The notes under the pieces: generated by a model
Database searches by the model: none
Seen by the model: the letters and a program-made list of their open reading frames with translations, nothing else
Told to the model about the DNA's origin: nothing
Program-made: the position numbers and the translations under genes
Origin: Epithemia pelagica
Taxonomy: Eukaryota; Protista; Bacillariophyta
DNA length: 64,000 nucleotides
NCBI GenBank assembly: GCA_946965045.2
Contig: OX337241.1
Coordinates: 1,798,001 to 1,862,000, forward strand
Direction: 5' to 3'
In this document: positions 21,157-32,300 of the stretch, piece after piece
Position numbering within the stretch: position 1 is the stretch's first letter
Layout: every line of letters starts with the position of its first letter

Positions 21157-21670
21157 GTTGCAAGGGGAAACGAAAGAAAGGTTCAATACTGACAGTGGGC
21201 TTGAATATTCCGGCGTCGCAAGGAACAAGCGAATCTACACAAGTCTGGAATGTGAAAGTATGTTTGTTGGAGCAGCATGGTAGTAGGGAACATACTTCAC
21301 ATGACTTTCTTCCTCTCGTGTTTGCAACGTGATCAACCCTGGTAGTTTGAACGCTTCACGAAGCAGTATCACGATTCATCGCACGGTATGTATTGCGGAC
21401 ATACGTCCAAAGTAAGAGGTACAATGACCTCATGTAGAGGGCCAATTAGGACCTTCCAAGCAATATTGTTTCAGTTGGGCCCCATGGTGCGTGAAACGGA
21501 GTAGGAGTAGCTAGAGAGCGCTTCTGCTCCCAATCGATAGTGCACATAGCTACGACCCCTCGTGAAACGCTGAGAAACGCGTCACCTACGAACTTCTGAA
21601 ATGGTAACTTACGTAATCCTAGCGGTCGGCATATTTTAAGCTCGTACGCGCAACACAGCCCAAGATCACC

Positions 21671-22714
21671 ATGTGGATGCAATGCAACGGCAACGGCATT
21701 CCCAATTGCATACCGTTCAGAGTTGGAATCATCGGCGCGTTGTTTCTTTTTACTGCAGAAACTACGATTGCATTTGGCTTCCCTGCCGACTCGCACAACC
21801 CGAGTTACTGTGCGTCTCGCTGGACATTGTTGACTTCGTCGTCCCTGTCGCTTTCTCGGGCAGACGAGAAGAAAAATCTTCTCGCATTGTCGGCTAGTCC
21901 TGGGGCCATCAACGACCAAGCGGATACACCAAACACTATGGAGAACGGAATCGCTAAAAATGTGAAAAAGGGTATTATTTTCGATATTGACGGTACATTG
22001 GCAGACTCATGGCAATTAGGATTTGATGCGACCAATAAGGTATTACGGAATAACGATATTGAAACAATCTCAGAGGAAACGTATCACCAAGGAACGAAGT
22101 TCACGACGCCAAATCGGCTGGCTCGACATGCAGGCTTGGAACCCGCAGACGGCAGTTCATTCGAGACCATGGGGGAGAAACTGGCAAAGGAATTCGATGA
22201 ACTCTACATTGGATTGGTGTCAACGGAAACGGCAAGATTTTATCCTGGGATTGGAGATTTGTTGTTGCGTGTTCCCAGTGATATTGCCTTGGGGGTTTTG
22301 ACGAATGCTGCCGTGGATTATGCTCATGCGGTGCTGAAAGTGAACAGTATCCCACTGTCACCTTCTCCTGGTTCAGAGGACAAAATGCAGTTGTACCACC
22401 GGTTTCAATCGATTCGGGGAGCAGACAATGTTCCTCAAGCCAAACCAGAACCAGATGGATTGTGGACCGTATGTGATGACTTGGGTGTAGCTCCCAGCGA
22501 TTGTGTATACATTGGAGATTCTCCCAGTGATGGCAAAGCTGCACTCGCAGCAGGGATGTCGTTTGTGGGTGTATCATGGGGGAGTCATAGTCGAGAAGCC
22601 CTCTCCGGCATTGTTGATCCAGGAAACAAAAACGAAATCAATGATCCAATTAAGATTTGTGATACAGTGGAAGAACTGAATGAAGTTCTTGCAGGTTACT
22701 TGGTTGAGAGATGA
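21671..22714 (+). CDS. HAD-superfamily phosphatase (phosphoglycolate phosphatase-like), probably plastid-targeted
   Basis: Motif I IIFDIDGTLADS, motif II LGVLTN, motif III AKPEPD, motif IV YIGDSPSD. N-terminal signal peptide ending TIA-F. Confidence 0.9.
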   Translation: MWMQCNGNGIPNCIPFRVGIIGALFLFTAETTIAFGFPADSHNPSYCASRWTLLTSSSLSLSRADEKKNLLALSASPGAINDQADTPNTMENGIAKNVKKGIIFDIDGTLADSWQLGFDATNKVLRNNDIETISEETYHQGTKFTTPNRLARHAGLEPADGSSFETMGEKLAKEFDELYIGLVSTETARFYPGIGDLLLRVPSDIALGVLTNAAVDYAHAVLKVNSIPLSPSPGSEDKMQLYHRFQSIRGADNVPQAKPEPDGLWTVCDDLGVAPSDCVYIGDSPSDGKAALAAGMSFVGVSWGSHSREALSGIVDPGNKNEINDPIKICDTVEELNEVLAGYLVER

Positions 22715-22947
22715 ACTGAGCTTAGTAAGCCTTTTGTGGAGTCCCGAAAACCCGAAGCATTTCAAGATCAAGGGTTGACATTAGCTTTCTCCGTTGAATC
22801 ATTGGTAGCCTTCCCGAGAATATTGGCAACAAGTACTCCTGAACTGGACAGCTTTTCCTATTCATTTTCCAAGCTCTTGTTGTGGCATCTCGTCTCACCG
22901 CAAAAAGTCAAATATCAATGCATGTCTAATCTTAATATGTATGTATT

Positions 22948-25900
22948 CTAAACGACGCTCAGGATGGCAGAGATTCCCGCGTTCAGGATTCGCTCCTTGA
23001 CTATCTCTGCGTCTTTGTACGAATACGCATTCATGCCCTCGAGAGGGTAATCGACCTCGAGCATGGAGTACTTTTCACGCCCGAGTTCATGATACGGAAT
23101 AAGCTCGATTGTACGGAATGCTGTGCCCAATTCTTTGGCAAAAGCAACCAAAGCGTCCAATTCCGAGTCGGTATCAGTCATATCCTTGAGCAGAACCCAT
23201 CGCAGCGTCAACTTGATCGTTGGATAGTTGTCTCGAATGTAGCGAGCAAATTCCTTGGACTTCGCCATTTCGGCGGGAGACACTTGCGCAACTTTCGCGG
23301 CAACATCATTGTCCATACCTTTCATGCATAGTAAGACATGGTCGGTCACCGGAAGAACTTTGTCCCAGCGGCGCTTGTTTCCAAAACATGCGGTATCGAG
23401 GCAAGTTGTCAACCCTTTCGCATGGACACGCTCAAAAACGTCGCGGACAAAATCGGGTTGGAGCATGGCCTCTCCTCCAGAAAGCGTGATACCACCTCCT
23501 CTGGGCTTGAGCCAGTCTTTATACTTTCCGACCAACGAAGCAACCTCAGCGGACGACATCGCGAACTCGGGGTGTTCTTTGGGGTCAGCCATTGCTTGTG
23601 TCTCAGGATTGCAACAGAAGACGCACTTTTTGGGACATCCTTGCAAGAAGACGTTCGTACGGATTCCAGGACCATCTGTTGTTGAAAAAGTCTCGAGAGC
23701 GTAAACAGATCCCAATTTGGCACCCTCGTCGTCAACGCCTTCCATTTCCTCTGGATGGGTTTCTTTCTTTTCATCATTCGGGTCAAAAACGAGGCCTTTT
23801 CCGTATACGGCGGTGTCCTTTTTCTTTTGGGCCATGGTTGTTACATTTGTCGAATGCATCGTTCGCGCCATCACTTCCTCTCGTTGTTCGGGTGTCAGGC
23901 GATTGAAACGGACAGCATATCCACTGACACGGATTGTCAAGTTCGGATACTTCTCAGGATGTTCATGTGCATCAAGAAGAATGTCTCGACTAAGAACATT
24001 GATGTTAATGTGGTGGGCATTTCGGTTGAAGTATCCGTCGAGAATTGTGGCCAAATTCACCGGACGCTTGGTTTCTTGTCCCAATGCATTGGGAAGGAAG
24101 CAAAAGGTATTGGAAATACCATCCATGCATTTCGCGTAAGGAAGTTTGGCGACTGAAGACAAAGACGCTAGAGCTCCGTTCTTGTCACGTCCATGCATGG
24201 GGTTCGCACCAGGAGCAAATGCCTCTCCAAAGACACGTCCGTCAGGTGTGGCTCCCGTTGCTTTGCCGTACACCAAATTGGAAGTAATTGTTAGGATGGA
24301 CAGGGTGGCCTTGGCATTTTTGTACAGCGGATGTTTGTCAAGTTCCTCGTGGAATCTGGAGCACACCTTGACGGCGATCGAATCCACACGATCGTCGTCG
24401 TTTCCAAATTGAGGAATTTCTCGGTTGGGGTGACCACGGCGGAAACTGGTGGTCAAGCCATTCTCATCACGGATTGGGTATATGTCATCATACTTCAAAG
24501 CAGCAAGAGAGTCTGCGACCACACTGAGACCTGCAGCCCCGAAAGCCATCAGTCGATTGACATTCGAGTTGTGGAGAGCCATTTGGATGTTTTCGTAGTT
24601 GGTGCAATCATGGGAATAGTGGATGCAGTTCATTGTTTCCGCGTAGAGTTTGGCCATCCAAGGAATGGCAATATCAAAATACAAGCGCTCGACATCCTCG
24701 AAGTTGATGGGTTTGTTTTCGTCACCAGCACCAATGCCAAGCTTTTCGCATTCTTCGCCAAGTGCCGGGCATAGTTTCTCGCCGTGTATTTCATCTCGTC
24801 CTCCGTTGAGGCACATCAGAAGTAACTTAACCATTTTAGTGCGAGCTCCAAAAAACTGCATGTCCACTCCAACCCTCATGCCGGACACACAACAGGCGAT
24901 GGCATAATCGCTTCCAAAAATTGACCGCATGAGGTCATCGTTCTCGTACTGAATTGAGGACGATTCAATCGATTGCTGAGCGCAATAAACCTTGAAATTG
25001 TCGGGGAGATTTTGTGACCAAAGCACCATCAGGTTTGGCTCTGGGGCAGGACCCTGGTTCGTCAATGTGTGCAGGAAACGGAAGGTGGTTTTGGTCACCA
25101 TGCTCTTGCCCTCTTCTGTGCATCCCCCAAGGGCAATCGTCAACCACGTAGGGTCTCTGGAGAAGAGTGCGTTGTAGGCGGGGGGTCGAAGATGACGAAC
25201 AAGACGCATCTTGATCACAACGTCGTCAATTACTTCTTGAAGGTCTATTTCCGTGGATGTTCCTTCTGCGAGCTCTCGTTCAGCATAGATATCAAGGAAC
25301 GCATCCCACCGTCCAACGGACATGGCAGCCCCGTCTTGTTCCTTAAGGGCAGCAGTGTGACCCAGCCACATGGCTTGCACTGCTTCTTGGAAGGTCTTTG
25401 CTGGTAGACGAAGGTCCACACCATAGCTGTCACCCATTTCTGCCAACTCTTTAAGACCTTTAATTTGTTTTGAAATTTCGGCTCGAAGTTGCATGTTCTC
25501 AACGGAGGCACCGGGAACTGCTGCATAGTCGGCTTTCTTTCTCCGAATGAGCTCATCAACACCATACAGAGCAAGGCGTCGATAATCTCCAATGATTCTA
25601 CCGCGACCGTAGGCATCCGGCAGACCTGTAAGCAAGTGCGCATGTCGAGCTGCACGCATCTCTTTGGTGTACATGCTGAAAATCATGTCATTGTGTGTTT
25701 GGACATCCTGTAGTCGAAGAAACGTTTGTGAGGGAAAGCGAAGCAATTAAATCAAAGGCTAATTCAGCACAACCATACGTACCTCAGTGTAGGTTTTCTT
25801 CATTTCTTCGTCAGGAGTAAAACCGTAGCTCTCGAGTGCCTTTCGCACGACATTGAAGCCCCCACGAGGCTTGCATGAACGCTTCAAAGGTTCATCGGTT

Positions 25901-26334
25901 TGGAGGCCACAGACAACGTCTTCTTCGGGAGAGAGAACGTAGCCCGGCCCATGACTTGTAATTGTGGAAGGCGTCTTTGTATCAACGTCCAAGATACCAC
26001 GTTGACGCTCCAATTCCATTAGTTCTTCGCAACGCTTCCAACTCTTGAGTGTTCTTTCGGTCGGTCCTTCCAAAAAGGACAAATCTCCGCGGTACGGAGT
26101 CACATGTTCCAGAACGTAGTCCTTGACTGAGCAATCACCAGGAAGTGGAGCAGGTGTTACGACCGAAGGGAGGTCATGGATTTGCGAAAGTTTCGACTCC
26201 AACTCATCGCATGAACTCCGAAAAGATGGGAAAGAAGCATGGTTGGATCTCAAATGATGCTTCAACTGCTTCTCTCGAGGCTCCTCCGAATAGGAAATCT
26301 TGATAGTTACTTTGGGACGCACCGGGCGGAACAT
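22948..26334 (-). CDS. pflB-pflA: Pyruvate formate-lyase fused in frame to PFL-activating enzyme (radical SAM); complement(join(22948..25707,25783..26334)), about 1103 aa
   Basis: Intron 25708..25782 (GTACGT..CTACAG) joins KKTYTE/DVQTHND. PFL motifs [17 protein letters not shown], catalytic IACCVS (24889-24894) and glycyl-radical RVSGYAV (Gly codon 23920-23922). A 47-aa linker (23713-23853) leads to the activase [21 protein letters not shown] (CxxxCxxC 23614-23637), SGGEA, DT and ELIPYHELG motifs. Confidence 0.96.
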
Positions 26335-27447
26335 TGTTGTTGCTTTCGGTGTTTTGTTGTTGTTGTTGTTGTTGTTGATGTGTTTTCGTTTCAATGAATT
26401 GAATGTTTCAGTTCAGGGATGATTTGATTTTGTGAGACCATGAAGAATGGCGAAAAATCATTCCTTTTCCAATCAACCTATTCGTGATTCGCTTTTTGAC
26501 ACCAGAATTCGGGCTTTGGGAAATCGACCAAATGCGAAGCTGTACTTTTTGGGCCACAGTTGTGCGATTCGGGTTGGGATCGAGATATGCCAGTTCCAAA
26601 CGCACATGCCGAATGCCGACATATTCCATGAGAATTCGACAGTATTCTCGACGGACCTATCAGTTGGGTCATTCTGGACGGTGGTTTCTCGTCTTGCTAT
26701 ATCTCGGAGGCGAGAACAGAACTCATCATGGAAGACTCCGATGGGCTCACAATGCATTCAGCAAGAGAGCCCATAGCCCATTGGCAAAGATTAGAAAATA
26801 GAAGAAGGTGAAGTTGGTTCTGAGATTCTTGATGCGGTGAGGGGACTCGAGACAGTCGAGAATCTCGCGTGTCAAGAGACGACCACCTAATTCATCCGCA
26901 ATATAAAATCAGTGCTTCGACTTCGGCTGGTACTTCGTAGTATGTTATCATTCCGTTCGCCTCCCCTTGCTCCATGTCGATAAGGAGGACAACGACGACA
27001 GTAAGCTTGACTCTTCCAATTGCAATGGGAAAGCGGCATCGTTGAATTCAAATGCATCATCAGTTGGCATTCTAAGACATTCTCGTCCCCTTTCCCTGAC
27101 TTTTCGGGCAACGGGCACCCCAATAGAGTTATTAGCAAGCAGACCGAAACTTGTTTCGTTCCTCTCCGATAAACGTTTACGATTATACAGTCACAACGAC
27201 ACTAGATACAGACGAGGTATGCCCATTTCTGGGTCTTCAATGCTTCTAGCAATTCAGTCATTCGTCTTCAAATGGTTCCACACATTGGGAGGCACGTCAA
27301 GCTCACAAAGCTCAATGCCATATATGGCTCCATTTAAAATCAGTTGTTGCTAGCCTGATGTGAGAAAAATGTTGAAACATTTTGCTCTATGATCATGTGT
27401 TTCGATGTCCTTTATGGTTCCCTAGACTGTAGAGATGGGCTTTGCGA

Positions 27448-29096
27448 TTACCCAGACTGTACAGCTCCAAGTCCCCGCAAATGTCGAAATCCAAACAATC
27501 GTGGGATCAATCGCAACCAAAGCAAGTCTCCACATAGTTCGACGATGCTCAGAGCCGAAATCCCCAAGAACAAGCCCATGGATCCTCCGACAGAACCCAA
27601 CAGCTGCGCAAAAGTAACGGCCTTGGACTCCGTGAGTCGATGTGACTGAATTTCATCGTAATTCAGCTGCATCCAAACTATATTTTGTAGTACAAAGTCT
27701 TGTGGCAACCCAAGTTGTTCCTCCATCTCTTCTAGGACCGTTACAGAGAGATCCAGCTCTGAAATGGTACCTTTGTACAAAGTCTGACGACAGGGTGGTA
27801 ATTCACACATGGCACAGGCAGGAGAATTTTGCAATACGTGTGATTCCATCTCAAGAAAATCTTCGAGACACTCACTATCATGAGTCATGGTGCAGTAAAG
27901 AAGATTCTCTGTCCCATTTCCGTCATTTGTCTGCTCTTGCTGTTCGTTGATATTCTCTAAAGCATGGTCATCTCCCCATGTTCTACACTGACATGCTTCT
28001 CGTTGAGCAGCCTGAATGCATTCGACGCGGCATTGAGCTTGTGTATAGCTCGGAGACTCGGAATGGCAACGAGCCCATGGAGCTTGCTTCTCGCGGACAA
28101 ATTCCGTCATCGATATACGGGCAAGAACATTCTTGCCAGGCGAGGCCGTCAAGTATGGTAATTGCGTATTAATGGGTGTGCCTGGTTCCTGTACAAAGAC
28201 CAAGGCACCGGCAATTTCTGTTGCATTGATTTCATAATCGTATTGATTCAAAAAGGCCAGGATTTCTAAACCCCCGTCCAATCCGGGTTGCATAATTTCG
28301 TCTGTCGTTTGAAACGACCAGCACAATCCGAAATTGGTCATTCGAGGTTGCCATACCTCGGTCGTGTTCTTTTCGATACCATTGAATTCTGTTGAGAAGA
28401 TGAAATCATCCACTGTGGTAGCGGATACGACAAGTGCCAGCTCTTCAGGTGTTGTGGGTTCGTCAATTTCATAGATGGTCAAGGATGTTTGAGACAACGG
28501 ATTACTGTTGCAGATTGTCACTTCAGGAAAGGGAAGCGATGTTGGAACAATTGTTTCCCTATCAGTCACGACATCGTAGTCACGATATTCACTTATCAGT
28601 GTTTTGATCTGCCATAGCATGAAAAGGCCGGAAGTACAAATTAACAGCAACCACAAGATTCTCTTCCACAGTTTCCATGACAGGGGATCAGACATGTTTG
28701 CAACCCCATGGATTGTTGTACCTTGGGCCCACTCATTCAAGACAAATTGCACGGGAGCGTCACGTTCGTCAAAGTCGGGATCGCCTGGTACCGGATGATG
28801 GACTCTGTCTTGCGCATGGTCGTGCCTGTCGTTGTCGCTCGATGGATCACTTCTCGTGGTGTCACTACCGCTCTTGCGCAGATGAAGCGTTTCTTGCAGG
28901 GGGATTTCGTATCCTGTCTTTTTTTGGTTCCTTGGATGGATGGAGATGATAGCGATTGTGAAATGAGCCGACTGGAGGATTCGCAAAGAGGAGTACTTGC
29001 GGGCATTTCTTCGTCGGCTCCATGTGTGACATAGTGGTCGGATCCCCTAATTTGATCAGTACTGTCCATTGGAGTAGGATCAGAAGCAGCGGTCAT
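27448..29096 (-). CDS. DEG/ENaC (ASIC/ENaC superfamily) two-TM cation channel; N-terminus offset by a 1-nt frameshift at an A7 run
   Basis: Pre-TM1 TTIHG motif, TM1 RILWLLLICTSGLFMLWQI, FPEVTICNSNP, FGLCWSF, Cys-rich thumb (YTQAQCRVEC..ACQC..C..C..PPC) and TM2 LLGSVGGSMGLFLGISALSIVEL with a GxS filter. The only ATG upstream of the HG motif (29096) is in another frame, rejoined by adding one A at 28919-28925. Confidence 0.9.
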
Positions 29097-29396
29097 GTTG
29101 TAGCTGTACAGGTTCTCCAGCTTTTGCCTCCCTTCGAGTGATTGTTATGCTTGTGCACGCAGTCTTCGAATTTTCCAAAAAATGAGACGAGATACATGTG
29201 GGTCGACGCGCGCTCTGGTGTCACATATTATTTGCATTTTCGCATGCGGGCCGGGTTTCCAGAGGGAGTATATCGTGACGATACTCTGAGTAGTAGAAGG
29301 ATTACCTATATTTTGAGTCCATTACCGGAAGTTGCTGCAGCAACTGACCGAACAACAGACAATATAAAGGAGAACGAACAAAAGGATGCGCCCATC

Positions 29397-32300
29397 ATGC
29401 CTCCTTCCGTTCCACTCCAGAGTAATCCGGGGACGACAAGACTTGTAGTCGGACGACGAGTACGAGCAGTAAATCGATCCACCACCCACCATTGCGTGTC
29501 ATTGTTGCGGCGGATTCGCTCCACCACACAACGATCGAATATCTACCGCAACCATCGCACCCTTGACGACAACTACTACAAGCGTCAGTCGTCGTTGGAC
29601 TGTCGTTGGAGTCCTGGGGTGTTGTCCTGGTGGGGGAACCATGGCAGGAATCACATTTGGACCGTTTCAAGAATCCAGAGTCTCCATTCGTGGAGTACTG
29701 GCACTCGGCCTCCACCAAACCAGTATCGATGGTTGTCCTCGACGACCACCACCACCACCGAGAACAATGACAATGGCTCTCTGAATGGAAAATTCGCAAA
29801 GGACGAAGCTTCATCATCCTCTTTTCGAGAACCCACTGCAACGCCTCTTTCCCAAGACGGAACAATCACATCATCATCGTCATCATCATCCTTGGAACCC
29901 CATTCGAACGACGATGAGTACATGACAGACTGGTTTCAACGGACCCGTCGACTCTTGGCCAATCCAGAGTTTTCGGATGATTCATGGAGACGAGCTCATG
30001 CCTTGCTCAATGTCATTCGACGTGACAAGGTGGGAGAGGACGAACCAGGACTGGTGTGTCTCTTTGATATATTGAATTGTTTGTGTCGTCAACTCGAGGC
30101 ACATCAGGCTCCAAAGACCATGACGACGACCAGCAGCAGTGCCAAGCAAGAGGACGAGGAGGACTACTATGCAGACATGTACCGCCCTCGTATACCCTTT
30201 CAGCAACGCATTCTCGAAGATATTTTGGGAAAATGGCGGTCCTACATGTACTCCATCACACCGCTCCATACGACGTCCACAACCTCCTTTTTGTTGAAAC
30301 AACGTTGGAATCAAGTGCATCCTGCGCCAACGGATCCGCGACTTGGTCCAGCGGCGGTTCTTGGCTGTGTCCAAGACTGTTTCAAGAATGGACTCTTTCT
30401 CCCATCGTCTGGTTGCTATGATGTTATTCTTGCCGTCCTGGCCCGCACCAGTGCAACCTCCTCCAAGCAAAAGGCGGCGGCAGCAGCCCACGAGGCCCAT
30501 CAACTCTACCAATCCATGGTGACCGCAGCAAGAGGGAAGAATCCCAATGAACATGGACCTTTAATGTCGGGCTTGCATCCTACCGCACAAACAATTCAAC
30601 ATTTGGTGGAAATCTGGTCCAAAAGCAAGCTCCCCGAAGCGTCGGATCGAGTGGAAGACTATCTGCGTCAGTTGCAACAGTGGTATGAGGAGAAACGGAC
30701 GCACGAGTATTGGCCCACTTCCTTCCTTTATTGTGCCATGATGGAGACACACAGCCAATCCACGCAGTATCGGAGGGCCTTTGGTCGGATTCAAGAGCTC
30801 TTGGAGGAAATGATGGACAACTGTGATGCATCCGAGCTCGATTCCAAGGCCTTGACCCGAGTCTGTCGTGCCTTTGCCAACTGTCAGCATCCACATGCAC
30901 CGGATGCGGCGCGACGCATCCTCGACCACATGTTGAGGCCGAATCAACCGGCGAACGGAAAACCCACACAACATACCTTCTCGACCGTTATGACAGCTTA
31001 TGGTCGTGCGGGACGGGTGGAGGAAGCCGAAGCCCTCCTTACCGTTATGGAAGACTTGTCAAAGAGTACGGGAGATCCAAATCTTCGACCGAATGCCATT
31101 TGCTTCAATGCCTTGATCTGGGCCTGTGCCAGAGCCGGAGATGCCTCTCGTGCCGAAGCCATTCTTCCTCGTATGGCCGCAGCCATTGACACAATAGGGA
31201 CCGATGGAAGTGGAAATGAACTGCTCCTATACCAGGAAACCTTGACTGGTGTCTTGACTTCCTGGGCACGCTCCGGGAAACCAGATGCCGCCCGTCGTGT
31301 GGCCGAGATTATTCAACAATTGGAAAAATACTTGAAAGAGCAACAGCGCGATATGGACAATCCGGCCTTTGCTGGCATTTACAATACGCTCTTGACGTGC
31401 TACAGTCAACAAGAAAATCCCATCTTGGGAATACGCTTGGCGAGCGACTTGATCCAATGGATGGAAGAACAAGACAATACGAACGCAAAGCCGAATGGGC
31501 AAAGCTATTTGAATATGATGTCCGTCTGTTGGAATGCGAAACAACCGGAAGACTGTGAAAAATGGCTTCGGCGGTTGATAGACAAGGTTCGTGAGGGCGA
31601 GATGAGCTCTGAGGTGCTCACGACACAACAGTTCAATGTGGCTATTGCAGCCTGGTCCAGTTCGAAATCCAAAAAAGCGGCCAAGAAAGCCACAGCTCTC
31701 TTTGAACTTGCAAAGCAGTCGAAGATTGCACCAGATATAATTACCTACAACTCGTTGCTAACAGCCTTGGCAAACTCGGTGGAACAAGACACCGATCAGC
31801 AAATGGAGGGTATACTCGATGAAATGCTACGTCAGTCAAGAGAAGGGAATTCGTCGGTGGAACCAGACCAGCACACGTATAACTGTTTCTTGTCCCGATT
31901 GTCTACCAACAGACGAACCAACCTGAAAGATGTGATTGTTGAGAAGCGGTCGGCCTCCATTTTTGAGCAAATGAGAGATCGAGGCGTACCGCCCAACAAC
32001 GTGAATTACAATACGGCAATGAAACTCTGGTCCAGGAGAATGCGGCCGGACCGTGTCGAAGGTCTCTTTCAAGAAATGAAACATGGATATGATTTGGGGG
32101 ATGAAAACCTCAAGCCTCATTATGAAGCGTTTATCACTCGCTTACAAGCCTGGTCGGCCGCAGGAAATCCGCAAATGACTGCCATGGCACTCCGAGAGCT
32201 TGCAGCTGCCTCCGAGGAAGGCTTGTTTGTTGATTCACGGCGACCAGGAACACGTGAGTTTAATGCTCTTATCCAAGCTTGGTTACGATCCAATCTTCCA

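Noticed and set aside
22948-26334. Bacterial contamination as the source of the PFL fusion
   Set aside because: The gene has a canonical spliceosomal intron, an N-terminal extension, and is contiguous with diatom-type genes and rDNA.
26400-27447. Possible gene between PFL and the channel
   Set aside because: Only short, mutually overlapping ORFs with no recognisable motif or consistent splice signals.
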